Shown: positions 20,758 through 32,141 of the stretch, one piece after another | How the letters are laid out: each line of letters starts with the position of its first letter | Numbering within the stretch: the stretch's first letter is position 1 | The notes under the pieces: generated by a model | Told to the model about the DNA's origin: nothing | Seen by the model: the letters and a program-made list of their open reading frames with translations, nothing else | Databases searched by the model: none | Source of the DNA: an uncultured Pelagibacteraceae bacterium | GTDB lineage: Bacteria; Pseudomonadota; Alphaproteobacteria; Pelagibacterales; Pelagibacteraceae | Direction of reading: 5' to 3' | Length of the DNA stretch: 64,000 nucleotides | NCBI GenBank assembly: GCA_902630925.1 | Contig: CACOWO010000003.1 | Span: 6,811-70,810 of the forward strand | Translations under genes and position numbers: made by a program

Positions 20758-22302
20758 GTGTTAAATTTTTCTAAAATAAACGTTTTAATCATTTATCTTT
20801 TATTCATATTTATAGCTGTATTTTCGTTTTTAAACCTTCAAAATGATAACAATCAATTAATCAATAAAAAAATAAACTTAGGTTTAGATCTTCAGGGGGG
20901 ATCTTATTTATTATTGGAAATTAATTCAGACAGCTTAGTTAAAGAAAAAATTCAATCTAAAGTCATTCCTATAAAAAAATTGCTTAAGAACAATGAAATA
21001 AAATATAAAAATTTCAAAATAAATGATGATAATTTATCGCTATCAATAGATAACTTAGAAAAATTTGATTTATTATTTAACTCTAGAAAAGATAATCTTA
21101 TAAATCCTTATATTGATAATTATAGATCTCACGAATTAGATTATACAAAGATCAATAATAACCAAATCAAAATATTTTTTTCAAAGTTTGGATTACTAAC
21201 TATAAACAATTCAGCTTTGAAACAATCAATAGAAATAGTTAGACGTAGAATAGACGATGTTGGAACAAAAGAACCAACTATACTTCAAAGGGGTGAAAAA
21301 AGAATTCTCGTAGAGCTTCCTGGATTGAAGGACCCTGAAAGAATAAAAGCCTTATTAGGTAAAACCGCTCAACTTAATTTTAGACTTGTTTCAGATAATA
21401 ATGAATTTGGAACTGATGAGTTAATTTCTGAAAATGGAGAAAAACTTAATATAAGCAAAAGAATAATTATGAGTGGAGAAAATCTAATAGACGCTCAGCC
21501 AAGTATTCAAAATCAAAATAATGAACCAACTGTATCTTTCACATTAGATAGGGTTGGAGCCCAAAAATTTGGAAGAGCAACCACTGATAATGTTGGAAAA
21601 AGATTAGCTATTGTTTTGGACGGTGAAATAGTAAGTGCTCCAAATATCAATGAACCTATTACTTCTGGCAATGGAATGATTTCAGGAAATTTTACTTTTC
21701 AAGAGGCAACAGATTTAGCATTATTGCTTAGATCTGGAGCTTTGCCTACACCATTAATTGTAGTAGAGGAGAGAACAGTGGGACCAGATTTAGGTGAAGA
21801 CTCAATTAAATCTGGAGTTATATCTTTAGTAGTAGGCTTTATTTTAGTGATTTTATTTATGTTATATAAATACAAAATTTTTGGACTAATCGCTAACACT
21901 GCCTTAATTGCAAATTTATTAATGTTAATTGGCGTTCTTACAATTTTAGAGGCAACACTTACATTACCAGGTATTGCTGGAATTATTTTAACTGTGGGTA
22001 TGGCTGTTGATGCTAATGTATTAATTTTTGAGAGAATAAGAGAGGAGCTTAAAACAGAAAAATCAATAATCCATGCTTTTGACTCTGGTTATACTAGAGC
22101 AAAAATAACAGTTTTAGACGCAAACATAACTACCCTAATTGCAGCTGTCATTTTATTTGCGTTTGGTTCTGGCCCAGTTAAAGGTTTTGCTATCACTTTA
22201 GGAATTGGAATTATTACAACTCTTTTTACTGCATATTTTTTAGCAAGGCACCTCACTTCATTAGTGGTTTTAAATACGAAAAATAAAGAGATTAAAATCT
22301 AA
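20758..22302 (+). CDS. secD: Protein translocase subunit SecD
   Basis: LGLDLQGG, VGPDLG, GMAVDANVLIFERIREE. Confidence 0.97.
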   Translation: MLNFSKINVLIIYLLFIFIAVFSFLNLQNDNNQLINKKINLGLDLQGGSYLLLEINSDSLVKEKIQSKVIPIKKLLKNNEIKYKNFKINDDNLSLSIDNLEKFDLLFNSRKDNLINPYIDNYRSHELDYTKINNNQIKIFFSKFGLLTINNSALKQSIEIVRRRIDDVGTKEPTILQRGEKRILVELPGLKDPERIKALLGKTAQLNFRLVSDNNEFGTDELISENGEKLNISKRIIMSGENLIDAQPSIQNQNNEPTVSFTLDRVGAQKFGRATTDNVGKRLAIVLDGEIVSAPNINEPITSGNGMISGNFTFQEATDLALLLRSGALPTPLIVVEERTVGPDLGEDSIKSGVISLVVGFILVILFMLYKYKIFGLIANTALIANLLMLIGVLTILEATLTLPGIAGIILTVGMAVDANVLIFERIREELKTEKSIIHAFDSGYTRAKITVLDANITTLIAAVILFAFGSGPVKGFAITLGIGIITTLFTAYFLARHLTSLVVLNTKNKEIKI

Positions 22303-23198
22303 TGACAAATTATAATTTTTCATCAAAATTTAAGCATGCAAATATTTTCTCAGTGACTCTATTCTTTATAAGTATCATTTTGATTGCATTTAAAGGATTA
22401 AATTATGGAATAGATTTTAAGGGAGGCACGCTTATTGAATTAAGATCAAATAATACTGAAGCTTCTTCAATTAGAGATGTTCTTAAAAATATGGATTTAG
22501 GAGATGTTAATGTAAAAAAATTTGGTAAAGAAGGTGATTTTTTAATAAAAGTTGAAGAAAAGGGAGATAACAACAAATTAATTCCGAAAATTAAAAAAAA
22601 TCTATCTAACAGTTTAAATTCTGATGTTAACTTTAGGCGAGTAGAAAATGTAGGTCCAAAAGTAAGTGCAGAATTATTACAATCCGGTGTAATTGCTATC
22701 TCATTGTCGTTAGTTGCAATGCTTTTTTATATTTGGGTAAGATTTGAATGGCAGTTTAGTATAGGTTCTATCATAGCATTATTTCACGACGTAATAATAA
22801 CTCTTGGTATTTTTTCACTTTTATCTTTAGAGATCAACCTTTCAATAATTGCAGCTGTTTTAACTATTGTCGGTTATTCTATGAATGATACTGTAGTAAT
22901 ATACGACAGGATCAGAGAAAATCTTGGAAAATTTCATAAATTAAATATTAGTGATATAGCAAATTTATCCATTAACGAAACTTTAGCTCGAACAATTATT
23001 ACATCTGTTACTACCTTATTAGCATTATTTTCAATATTTATTTTAGGTGGTGAAATTTTAAGAGGATTTTCGTTCGCTATGATTTTAGGTGTTTTAATAG
23101 GTACATATTCTTCTATATTTGTAGCTTCACCAATTTTAAAATTTTTCAAGGTAAGTTATAAAACTATAGAGAAAGAAGAAGAAAAAATAGTTCCCTAA
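22302..23198 (+). CDS. secF: Protein translocase subunit SecF
   Basis: GIDFKGG, GYSMNDTVVIYDRIRE, GTYSSIFVA. Confidence 0.97.
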   Translation: MTNYNFSSKFKHANIFSVTLFFISIILIAFKGLNYGIDFKGGTLIELRSNNTEASSIRDVLKNMDLGDVNVKKFGKEGDFLIKVEEKGDNNKLIPKIKKNLSNSLNSDVNFRRVENVGPKVSAELLQSGVIAISLSLVAMLFYIWVRFEWQFSIGSIIALFHDVIITLGIFSLLSLEINLSIIAAVLTIVGYSMNDTVVIYDRIRENLGKFHKLNISDIANLSINETLARTIITSVTTLLALFSIFILGGEILRGFSFAMILGVLIGTYSSIFVASPILKFFKVSYKTIEKEEEKIVP

Positions 23199-23199
23199 A

Positions 23200-23802
23200 T
23201 TAATAGAGATTTTGAGCTGCTACCATCGAAAGTAACATTGGTAAAGAAAGGAGTGTATTGGTTCTTGAAAATAACATTGCGGTTTTAGCTGAAGAAGCTT
23301 TTTCTTCTGGATTACATTCTATCATGCCTAAAGCTTTTTTTTGATTTGGCCAGATTACAAACCAAACATTATATGCCATTATTATTCCTAACCACATACC
23401 TATGCCTATCGCAGTATTTTTGCCTCCGGATCCATCTAAACCTAATATCATAGCACTGTGAACGTATCCATTAATCCATGCTAATATTAATCCAGATAAA
23501 ACCGTGATTGCGGCGGCCCATCTAAAATAGAATAGTGCTGTTGGGGCAATTACTTTTCCGACTGCAGGTTTTTGTTCATCTGGTATTTTAGGCATACTTG
23601 GTATTTGAACAAAATTGAAATACCATAACAAACCAATCCACATTATAGCTACAACCACATGAACAAATCTGAATAACCAACTCCAAAAGAGAGTATCAAA
23701 AGCAAATCCGTCACCAAAAAAGTGTAATCCTAAAAATAATAAAATTGCTATTCCTAGCGAAAGATGAACTGTTTTTGATAAGGATTGTAGTATACCTGCC
23801 AT
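23200..23802 (-). CDS. Membrane protein resembling the PuuD/urate-oxidase N-terminal domain family
   Basis: RFVHVVVAIMWIGLLWYFNFVQ, FRWAA, NVWFVIWPNQKK, SRTNTLLSLP. Confidence 0.7.
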   Translation of the reverse strand: MAGILQSLSKTVHLSLGIAILLFLGLHFFGDGFAFDTLFWSWLFRFVHVVVAIMWIGLLWYFNFVQIPSMPKIPDEQKPAVGKVIAPTALFYFRWAAAITVLSGLILAWINGYVHSAMILGLDGSGGKNTAIGIGMWLGIIMAYNVWFVIWPNQKKALGMIECNPEEKASSAKTAMLFSRTNTLLSLPMLLSMVAAQNLY

Positions 23803-23828
23803 GATTCATAATAACATAATTTTTAATA

Positions 23829-26708
23829 TCAGGCAGTTTTTTTCATGGAATTTTCACCCATAATTTCTTTGATAAATTTACCTGTATAACTCTCTTTTAC
23901 TGTTGATACTTTTTCGGGAGTACCTTCAGCAATTATTTTTCCACCATTTACTCCACCTTCCGGTCCCATATCAATAATATGGTCAGCTGTCTTTATAACA
24001 TCTAAATTATGCTCAATTACTACGACTGTATTTCCAGTGTTGGCGAAGGCCTGAAGTATTTCTAATAATTTTTTAATATCATGTGAATGTAAACCTGTAG
24101 TAGGTTCATCTAATATGTACAAAGTTCGTCCGGTAGGTCGTTTCGACAATTCTTTCGCAAGCTTTATTCTTTGTGCTTCACCACCAGACAAAGTTGTCGC
24201 TTGTTGACCTATTTTCATATACCCTAATCCTACGTGTTTTAAGGTGATTAATTTTGACCTGATAGTTTGTATATTTTCAAAAAACTCACACCCTTCATCA
24301 ACAGTCATATCTAACACATCAGCAATATTTTTATTTTTAAATCTTATTTCTAAAGTTTCTCTATTATATCTTGCACCTTTGCATGTATCACAAGGAATAA
24401 AAACATCTGGCAAAAAGTGCATTTCATAAGTTATTACACCGTCGCCCTCACATGTTTCACATCTACCGCCTTTGACATTAAATGAATATCTCCCAACTTT
24501 ATAACCTCTAGCTTTTGACTCAGGCAATCCAGCAAACCATTCTCTAATTGGACCGAATGCTCCAGTATATGTTGCAGGGTTAGATCTAGGTGTTCTTCCA
24601 ATAGGTGACTGATCGATATCTATTATTTTGTCAATTAATTCAGTTCCTTTAAAACCAGTGAAAGCTTTAGGAACTTTACGACTTTTATTTTTATTTAACA
24701 TCAAATTAAAAGCATTGTACAAAGTATGTAAAATTAATGTTGATTTACCACTTCCAGAAACCCCTGTAACGCATGTAAAAGTTCCTACTGGTATTTTAAG
24801 ATTTACTTTCTTTAGATTATTTCCACTAGCTCCATTTATTTCTATAAATCTACCATTTTTAGCAGATCTTCTTTTTTTTGGTATCGTTATAAATTTTTTA
24901 CCGGATAAATATTCACCAGTAATACTTTTTGGATTAGCAATGATTTCTTTTATAGGTCCATCAGCAACAATTTGACCACCATTCAATCCCGCTTCTGGAC
25001 CAATATCTATTATATGATCAGAATTTTCCATTGTTTCTATATCATGTTCAACAACAATTACTGTATTTCCTAAATCTCTTAATTTTTTTAAAGCTTTTAT
25101 TAATTTTTTATTATCTCTTTGATGCAAACCTATTGAAGGCTCATCTAATACATATAAAACACCTGTCAAACCAGATCCAATTTGAGAGGCTAATCTTATT
25201 CTTTGTGCTTCTCCACCTGATAAAGTTCCAGACTCTCTTGATAAGGTTAAATAATTTAAACCAACATTTAAAAGAAAATTTAGCCTTTCATTAATTTCTT
25301 TTAAAATATGTTGTGCTATTTTGTTTTCACGTTCAGAGAGAAAATTTTGTAAATTTTCAAACCATTTTTGTGCATCATCGATTGACTTTTCTGTTACTTC
25401 ACTAATATTTAAAGAATTAATTTTTACACAAAGAGCTTCATCTTTAAGTCTCATACCTTTGCATTTCTCACAATCCGTTTCACTTTGGTACTGAGATATT
25501 TCTTCCCGTTTCCATTCGCTATCAGTTTCTAAATATCGCCTTTCAAGATTATTTACCACACCTTCAAAAGTTTTTTTTGTTGTGTAAGACTCATATCCAT
25601 CATCGTAGGTAAATTTTATTTCCTCATCATCTGAACCATATAGAATAATTTCTTGGATTTTTTTAGGGATTTTTTTCCATGAATCTGCCATTGAAATTTT
25701 ATAATGCTTCGCAATTGATGCTAATGTTTGAGCATAATAAAGAGAAGTCGATTTAGCCCAAGGTTCAATGACACCATCTTGCAGACTTTTTTTTGAGTCA
25801 GAAACAACTAAATTTGGATCTACATTCAAGTTATGCCCAATACCTTCACACTCTTCACATGCCCCATAAGGAGAATTGAATGAAAATAATCTTGGCTCTA
25901 TTTCTTCAATAGTAAAGCCACTTTCGGGACATGAAAATTTTGAAGAAAAAGTTATTGTTTCACGTTTTCTAAATTTTTTTGGCAACGTCTCATTTTCATA
26001 CTCTACCACTAATAATCCGTTTGAGATATTTACAGCTGACTCCACACTGTCAGCCAATCTGTTTCCAAGATTTGAGTTAAGAATAACTCTATCGACGATT
26101 ATGGAAATTTCGTGTTTAAGTTTTTTATTAAGATCTGGAAATTCTTCTATATTTAAATATTTTCCATCAACTTTGATTTTTGTAAAACCTCTTTTTTTGT
26201 AATTTAAAATTTCTTTTTTATATTCACCTTTTCTTCCTCTTACTATTGGAGCGAGGAGATATATAGTACTATCTTTAGGTAATTTCTTTATTTTATCAAC
26301 CATTTCACTTATTGGCTGAGATACTATAGGTTTACCGGTGAACGGTGAATAAGGAACCCCAACTCTTGCAAAAAGTACCCTCATATAGTCATAAATTTCT
26401 GTAACAGTTGCAACTGTTGATCTTGGGTTTTTAGATGTATTTTTCTGTTCAATTGATATAGCTGGACTTAGACCCTCAATTAAATCAACTTTAGGCTTTT
26501 TCATTTTATCTAAAAATTGTCTTGCATAAGAAGAAAGGCTTTCTACATATCTTCTTTGTCCCTCAGCATATATTGTATCAAAAGCTAAAGACGATTTTCC
26601 TGATCCAGAAAGACCGGTTATAACAACTAGTTTCTCTTTTGGTATCTCAAGAGAAACATTTTTTAAGTTGTGTTCTTTAGCGCCTTTTACAACGATTTTT
26701 TTCAACAT
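23829..26708 (-). CDS. uvrA: Excinuclease ABC subunit A
   Basis: Two ABC ATPase modules ([27 protein letters not shown] twice) and zinc fingers. Confidence 0.98.
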   Translation of the reverse strand: MLKKIVVKGAKEHNLKNVSLEIPKEKLVVITGLSGSGKSSLAFDTIYAEGQRRYVESLSSYARQFLDKMKKPKVDLIEGLSPAISIEQKNTSKNPRSTVATVTEIYDYMRVLFARVGVPYSPFTGKPIVSQPISEMVDKIKKLPKDSTIYLLAPIVRGRKGEYKKEILNYKKRGFTKIKVDGKYLNIEEFPDLNKKLKHEISIIVDRVILNSNLGNRLADSVESAVNISNGLLVVEYENETLPKKFRKRETITFSSKFSCPESGFTIEEIEPRLFSFNSPYGACEECEGIGHNLNVDPNLVVSDSKKSLQDGVIEPWAKSTSLYYAQTLASIAKHYKISMADSWKKIPKKIQEIILYGSDDEEIKFTYDDGYESYTTKKTFEGVVNNLERRYLETDSEWKREEISQYQSETDCEKCKGMRLKDEALCVKINSLNISEVTEKSIDDAQKWFENLQNFLSERENKIAQHILKEINERLNFLLNVGLNYLTLSRESGTLSGGEAQRIRLASQIGSGLTGVLYVLDEPSIGLHQRDNKKLIKALKKLRDLGNTVIVVEHDIETMENSDHIIDIGPEAGLNGGQIVADGPIKEIIANPKSITGEYLSGKKFITIPKKRRSAKNGRFIEINGASGNNLKKVNLKIPVGTFTCVTGVSGSGKSTLILHTLYNAFNLMLNKNKSRKVPKAFTGFKGTELIDKIIDIDQSPIGRTPRSNPATYTGAFGPIREWFAGLPESKARGYKVGRYSFNVKGGRCETCEGDGVITYEMHFLPDVFIPCDTCKGARYNRETLEIRFKNKNIADVLDMTVDEGCEFFENIQTIRSKLITLKHVGLGYMKIGQQATTLSGGEAQRIKLAKELSKRPTGRTLYILDEPTTGLHSHDIKKLLEILQAFANTGNTVVVIEHNLDVIKTADHIIDMGPEGGVNGGKIIAEGTPEKVSTVKESYTGKFIKEIMGENSMKKTA

Positions 26709-26809
26709 TTTTTTTCTCTAAAATAACATACACCTTATAATTATCTTGTAATTATGATATAAATAAATACTTTTTATAAATTATAAATCAAAATTTATTC
26801 AAAATTATT

Positions 26810-27268
26810 ATGGCTGGAAGTTTAAATAAAGTACAATTAATAGGTCGTTTAGGCGCAGACCCTGAAATTAAGCAAATGGTTAATGGAAAAAGTGTTGCAA
26901 GATTAAGCATAGCAACAAGCCAAAATTGGAAAGACAAATCTAGTGGAGAGAGAAAAGAGAAAACTGAATGGCATAGAGTTGTGATATTTAACGAGGGTTT
27001 AGTTAATGTTGTTCAACAGTATGTGAAGAAGGGAGCTAACGTCTATATTGAAGGTCAATTAAGCACTAGAAAATGGAAAGATGAGTCTACTGGTCAAGAT
27101 AAATATTCAACAGAAATCGTTCTTCAGGGATATAACTCAAGCTTAACAATGTTAGATAGCAGAAGTAACAACGGTAATTCAAATTTGGTCTCTGAGAATA
27201 AAAGCTCTTTACCTAACGACAGCCTAAATCAAGATAGCTCAGATTTAGACGATGAAATTCCTTTCTAA
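26810..27268 (+). CDS. ssb: Single-stranded DNA-binding protein
   Basis: NKVQLIGRLG, TEWHRVV, acidic tail DDEIPF. Confidence 0.98.
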   Translation: MAGSLNKVQLIGRLGADPEIKQMVNGKSVARLSIATSQNWKDKSSGERKEKTEWHRVVIFNEGLVNVVQQYVKKGANVYIEGQLSTRKWKDESTGQDKYSTEIVLQGYNSSLTMLDSRSNNGNSNLVSENKSSLPNDSLNQDSSDLDDEIPF

Positions 27269-27274
27269 AGCTTC

Positions 27275-29848
27275 ATGGAAAAAAATATTGTAGAGAATAA
27301 TAAATCATTCAAGCCTATTTTTGTACAAGATGAGATGAGCTCATCTTATCTGTCTTACGCAATGAGTGTAATTGTTAGTAGAGCTTTACCAGACGTAAGA
27401 GACGGATTAAAACCTGTTCATAGAAGAATCATTTACGCAATGTACAAAGGTGGTTACGATTGGTCTAAACCTTTTAGAAAATCAGCACGTATAGTCGGAG
27501 ATGTAATTGGTAAATACCACCCCCATGGAGATCAATCTGTTTATGATGCTCTAGTAAGACTTGTTCAAGACTTTTCAATGAGTGTGCCATTAATAACTGG
27601 TCAAGGTAATTTTGGATCTATTGATGGCGATCCGCCTGCAGCCATGAGGTACACAGAAACTAAATTAGGTAAGATTGCACAATTTTTAACAGAGGATTTA
27701 GAAAAAAACACAGTTAATTATAGAAGCAATTATGATGAAACTGAAAAAGAACCAGAAGTTTTACCTTCACAATATCCGAATATTTTAGTCAATGGAGCTG
27801 GTGGTATTGCTGTTGGTATGGCAACAAGTATTCCTCCTCATAATTTAGGTGAAATTATAAATGGAACTGTAGCTTACATTAACAATAAAGATATAACTAT
27901 TGCTCAATTAATGAAGCATGTACCGGGACCAGATTTTCCAACCGGTGGAATTATTATAGGAAAAGATATCATTAAACAAGGATACAATAAAGGAAGAGGC
28001 TCATTCAAAATTAGAGGTGAAATTGACCTAGAGGAAAAAAAAGGTGGTAGAGAGACATTAATTATAAAATCAATTCCTTATCAAGTAAATAAGTCAATTT
28101 TAATCGAGAAGATAGCTCAGCTTGTTAGAGATAAAAAAATTGAAGGTATTAGAGATTTAAGAGATGAGTCAAATAGGGAAGGTATCAGAGTTGTAATTGA
28201 ATTAAGAAAAGGAGTAGAACCTGAAACCATAAGAAGACAGCTTTATAAACTAACTAATATTGAAAGTTCTTTTGGTTTTAACACTTTAGCAATAGTAAAC
28301 AATAAACCAAAGATTTTAAATTTAAAAGAATTTATTTCTGAATTTTTAAAGTTTAGAGAAGATACAGTTTTAAAAAGAATAAAATATGATTTAAAAAAAG
28401 CTGAAGAGCGAGCTCATATTTTAATTGGTTTAGCAACTGCAGTTGAGAATATTGACGAGGTAATAAAGATCATTAAAAATTCAAAAGATACCGAGATTGC
28501 GAAAAAAAATTTATTATCAAAAAAATGGAAAATTAAAAAAAGTATAAAACTAATTTCTAAAATCGAAAGAAAAAAAAATATTTCTTCCTATTCATTATCT
28601 TTAGAGCAGGTTAATGCTATCCTTGAATTAAGATTACAAAAACTTACAGCATATGGTATTGGAGAAATTGAAAGTGAAATAAATAAAATTGCAAATTTAA
28701 TATTACAATATAATAAGATTATTAACTCAAAAAAAGAACTCAATAAACTAATTATTGATGAACTAGAGAATATTAAAACTAAATTTGCAAAACCAAGAAA
28801 AACAAAAATTATAGATGCAGTTCTTAATTACAATATAGAGGAAACAATACAAAAAGAATCTGTAGTAATAAGTATTACTAATCAAGGATATATAAAACGA
28901 AGTCCTTTAAGTTCTTTAAAAGCTCAAAAACGTGGTGGAAAAGGTAAAACTGGTATATCTACAAGAGAAGAGGATTTCGTTGTTCAAATATTTACTGCTA
29001 ACACACATACACCTGTTTTATTTTTTTCAACTCAAGGCTTGGTTTATAAGATTAAAGCTCATAAAATTCCAGAAGGCACTGCTGCATCAAAAGGAAAATC
29101 AATATTTAATATTCTTCCATTAAAAAGCCATCACTCAATAAGTTCTATCATGCCTTTACCAGAGGATGAGTCAGAGTGGAAAAATTTGATGGTTATTTTT
29201 GCAACATCTAAAGGAAATATTAGAAAAAATACACTAGAGGATTTTATCAATATAAATAATAGCGGAAAAATTGCTATGAAATTAGATCAAGACGATAGGA
29301 TTATAGGTGTAAAAATTTGTAAGGATGATCAAGATATTTTACTTAGCTCACAATTTGGAAAATGTATACGGTTTAAGTCAAAAAAATTGAGATTATTTAA
29401 GGGCAGATCCTCAAAAGGCATTAAAGGAATTCAACTAAAAGATAAAGATAAAGTTATATCATTGTCTATTCTGGATAATTCTAGCATAGACACAAAAACA
29501 TTAAAAAAGGATAAACAATTAAAAAATGGTGTAAATAAATTTATTTTGTCTGTATCAGAAAATGGCTATGGGAAACGATCTTCTTACTTGGATTATAGAG
29601 TTACAAACAGAGGAGGAAAAGGCATTATAGGAATTATAAATTCACCACGAAATGGTAATATCGCATCTTCTTTAGTGGTAAGCGAGAATGATGAAATTAT
29701 TTTATCTACTGATAAAGGAAGTATAATGCGTTGTGCTGTAAAAGAAATTAGAGTTGCGGGCCGTAATACACAAGGTGTGAGAATTAAAAAACTATCAGGT
29801 AGCGAAAAAGTAGTTTCCGTTATAAAAATTGAAGACAATATTCAATAA
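27275..29848 (+). CDS. gyrA: DNA gyrase subunit A
   Basis: RALPDVRDGLKPVHRR, HPHGD, AAMRYTE, GyrA-box QKRGGKG. Confidence 0.97.
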   Translation: MEKNIVENNKSFKPIFVQDEMSSSYLSYAMSVIVSRALPDVRDGLKPVHRRIIYAMYKGGYDWSKPFRKSARIVGDVIGKYHPHGDQSVYDALVRLVQDFSMSVPLITGQGNFGSIDGDPPAAMRYTETKLGKIAQFLTEDLEKNTVNYRSNYDETEKEPEVLPSQYPNILVNGAGGIAVGMATSIPPHNLGEIINGTVAYINNKDITIAQLMKHVPGPDFPTGGIIIGKDIIKQGYNKGRGSFKIRGEIDLEEKKGGRETLIIKSIPYQVNKSILIEKIAQLVRDKKIEGIRDLRDESNREGIRVVIELRKGVEPETIRRQLYKLTNIESSFGFNTLAIVNNKPKILNLKEFISEFLKFREDTVLKRIKYDLKKAEERAHILIGLATAVENIDEVIKIIKNSKDTEIAKKNLLSKKWKIKKSIKLISKIERKKNISSYSLSLEQVNAILELRLQKLTAYGIGEIESEINKIANLILQYNKIINSKKELNKLIIDELENIKTKFAKPRKTKIIDAVLNYNIEETIQKESVVISITNQGYIKRSPLSSLKAQKRGGKGKTGISTREEDFVVQIFTANTHTPVLFFSTQGLVYKIKAHKIPEGTAASKGKSIFNILPLKSHHSISSIMPLPEDESEWKNLMVIFATSKGNIRKNTLEDFININNSGKIAMKLDQDDRIIGVKICKDDQDILLSSQFGKCIRFKSKKLRLFKGRSSKGIKGIQLKDKDKVISLSILDNSSIDTKTLKKDKQLKNGVNKFILSVSENGYGKRSSYLDYRVTNRGGKGIIGIINSPRNGNIASSLVVSENDEIILSTDKGSIMRCAVKEIRVAGRNTQGVRIKKLSGSEKVVSVIKIEDNIQ

Positions 29849-29849
29849 A

Positions 29850-30338
29850 ATGAAAATAGCTATTTATCCAGGCACGTTTGACCCAATTACATATGGACAT
29901 ATTGACGTAATTAAAAAATCTTTAAATGTATTTGATAAATTAATTGTTGCTACAACTGATAATTTTAACAAAAACTACCATTTTTCTATTGAAGATAGAT
30001 TAAGTATTATCAATAATTCTCTATTTAATGATCTAAAATTAAATAAAAATAAAATTAAGGTTATTTCATTTGATAATCTAACCATAGATTTGTGTAAAAA
30101 GCACAAAGCTTGGACAATTATAAGAGGTTTAAGAGCAGCTTCAGATTTTGAATATGAATTTCAACTTGCTGGAATGAATAAAAAACTTAATTCAAAAATC
30201 GAAACTATGTTTTTAATGTCAGATATAGAAAACCAGATAATTTCCTCAAAATTTGTTAAAGAAATTGCAAGTTTAGGTGGAAACATAGATAGATTTGTAA
30301 CTAGGTCAACGGTGAAACTCTTTAAAAATAAATTTTAA
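29850..30338 (+). CDS. coaD: Phosphopantetheine adenylyltransferase
   Basis: YPGTFDPITYGH, IRGLR, DFEYE; start moved to the ATG at 29850. Confidence 0.96.
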   Translation: MKIAIYPGTFDPITYGHIDVIKKSLNVFDKLIVATTDNFNKNYHFSIEDRLSIINNSLFNDLKLNKNKIKVISFDNLTIDLCKKHKAWTIIRGLRAASDFEYEFQLAGMNKKLNSKIETMFLMSDIENQIISSKFVKEIASLGGNIDRFVTRSTVKLFKNKF

Positions 30339-30895
30339 TGAAACAAGTTATCTATTTATTTATCATTTTTTTTAGTTTAGTAAGTACTAAAATTAATGCA
30401 CAAAATAATATTATGATTCTTAAATTAACATATGGTGAAGTTGAAATAGAACTTTACCCAGATAAAGCTCCAAATCATGTAAAAAGATTTAAAGAACTCT
30501 CTGATGGCGGTAAATATGACGGAGTAGTTTTCCATCGAGTGATAGATGGTTTTATGGCTCAAACGGGTGATGTGAAATTCGGGAATTCTAATAGTTCAGA
30601 TTTTGATTTATCTCTAGCAGGAACTGGAGGATCAGATCTACCAAATTTAAAGGCTGAGTTTACTGATATAGCTCATACGAGAGGAATTATTTCTGCAGCT
30701 AGATCAGCTGATCCTGACAGCGCAAATAGTCAATTTTTTATATGTTTTGACTCAGCTCCTCATTTAGATAGACAATATTCAGCATTTGGTAAAGTGACCA
30801 AGGGAATGGAGTTTATAGATATGATTAAAAAAGGTGACCCAAACAGCGGTTCTGTTTTAGATCCAGATAAAATAATTTCTCTAAGATCAAAATAA
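30338..30895 (+). CDS. Cyclophilin-type peptidyl-prolyl isomerase (exported)
   Basis: Signal peptide; FHRVIDGFMAQTGD, SANSQFFI. Confidence 0.93.
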   Translation: MKQVIYLFIIFFSLVSTKINAQNNIMILKLTYGEVEIELYPDKAPNHVKRFKELSDGGKYDGVVFHRVIDGFMAQTGDVKFGNSNSSDFDLSLAGTGGSDLPNLKAEFTDIAHTRGIISAARSADPDSANSQFFICFDSAPHLDRQYSAFGKVTKGMEFIDMIKKGDPNSGSVLDPDKIISLRSK

Positions 30896-30901
30896 CATTT
30901 A

Positions 30902-32017
30902 ATGTTTAATAAAGAATTTTCTTTTGAGTTAATTACTCAAGATGACAAAGCTAGATTAGGTAAAATTTTTACCAAAAGAGGAATAATAGATACCCCTGCT
31001 TTCATGCCTGTAGGAACACAAGGAACTGTAAAAGGAATTTTCACAGATGATCTTTTAAAAACTAATACTCAAATCATTTTAGGGAATACTTATCATTTAT
31101 TACTTAGACCAGGAGCTAAAATCTTAAGTAATTTTAAAGGTTTACATAATTTTATGAATTGGAATAGACCAATTTTAACAGACTCGGGTGGATATCAAAT
31201 AATGTCCTTATCAAAATTTAATAAAATAGATTTAAAGTTAGGTGCAATATTTAATTCTCATATAGATGGAAAAAAAATAATTTTAAGCCCAGAAAAAAGT
31301 ATTCAAGTTCAAAAATCTATAAATTCAGATATTATAATGGTTTTAGATGAATGTCCGAAGTTAACAAAAGATAAAAAAATTTTATCAAATGCTATCGACA
31401 CATCGACTAAATGGGCGAAACGAAGCAAAATTGAATTTGGAAATAATAAATCCAAAGGTCTTTTTGGAATAGCTCAAGGAGGTTTATATAAAGACTTAAG
31501 AGTCGAGAGTATTGAAAAATTAATTGAAATTAATTTTAATGGCTATGCAATGGGTGGTTTAGCTGTTGGTGAAAAACAATCAGATATGTTTCAGATTCTT
31601 AATGAAACCACTGATTACTTACCAAAAAATAAACCAAGATATTTAATGGGTGTTGGAACTCCTTCTGATATACTGGGAGCAGTCAATGAAGGTATCGACA
31701 TGTTTGATTGTGTAATGCCGACCAGATCAGGTAGAACAGGTTTAGCTTTTACTTGGGGTGGTAAAGTTAATTTAAAAAACTCAAGATATCAAAATGAAGA
31801 ATCACCATTAGATGAAAATTGCAAAGTACGAGACTTGAACAAATACTCTAAAAGTTATTTAAATCATCTTATAAAATCTAATGAAATGATGGCTTCAATG
31901 CTTATATCCTTACATAATATATACTTTTATCAACAATTTATGCGCGAAATTCGATCTAGTATAAAAAATGGCACATTCAAATCCTTCTATAAAAAATATA
32001 TAAAATTATTTGATTAA
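30902..32017 (+). CDS. tgt: tRNA-guanine transglycosylase
   Basis: TPAFMPVGT, LTDSGGYQ, VLDEC, GGLAVGE, DMFDCVMPTR. Confidence 0.96.
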   Translation: MFNKEFSFELITQDDKARLGKIFTKRGIIDTPAFMPVGTQGTVKGIFTDDLLKTNTQIILGNTYHLLLRPGAKILSNFKGLHNFMNWNRPILTDSGGYQIMSLSKFNKIDLKLGAIFNSHIDGKKIILSPEKSIQVQKSINSDIIMVLDECPKLTKDKKILSNAIDTSTKWAKRSKIEFGNNKSKGLFGIAQGGLYKDLRVESIEKLIEINFNGYAMGGLAVGEKQSDMFQILNETTDYLPKNKPRYLMGVGTPSDILGAVNEGIDMFDCVMPTRSGRTGLAFTWGGKVNLKNSRYQNEESPLDENCKVRDLNKYSKSYLNHLIKSNEMMASMLISLHNIYFYQQFMREIRSSIKNGTFKSFYKKYIKLFD

Positions 32018-32062
32018 ATATTTGAAATTTATTTAATTAGTATATAAAAGATCATTCTTTTA

Positions 32063-32138
32063 GGGCCCTTAGCTCAGTTGGTAGAGCACCTCCCTTTTAA
32101 GGAGGGTGTCGATGGTTCGAGTCCATCAGGGCTCACCA
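32063..32138 (+). tRNA. tRNA-Lys(TTT)
   Basis: GGGCCCTTAGCTCAGTTGGTAGAGC...CCTCC-CTTTTAA-GGAGG...GGTTCGAGTCC...CACCA, 76 nt. Confidence 0.97.
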
Positions 32139-32141
32139 ATA

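Noticed and set aside
26709-26809. LexA box in the uvrA-ssb divergent spacer
   Set aside because: No GTTC-N7-GTTC or GAAC-N7-GAAC motif is present.
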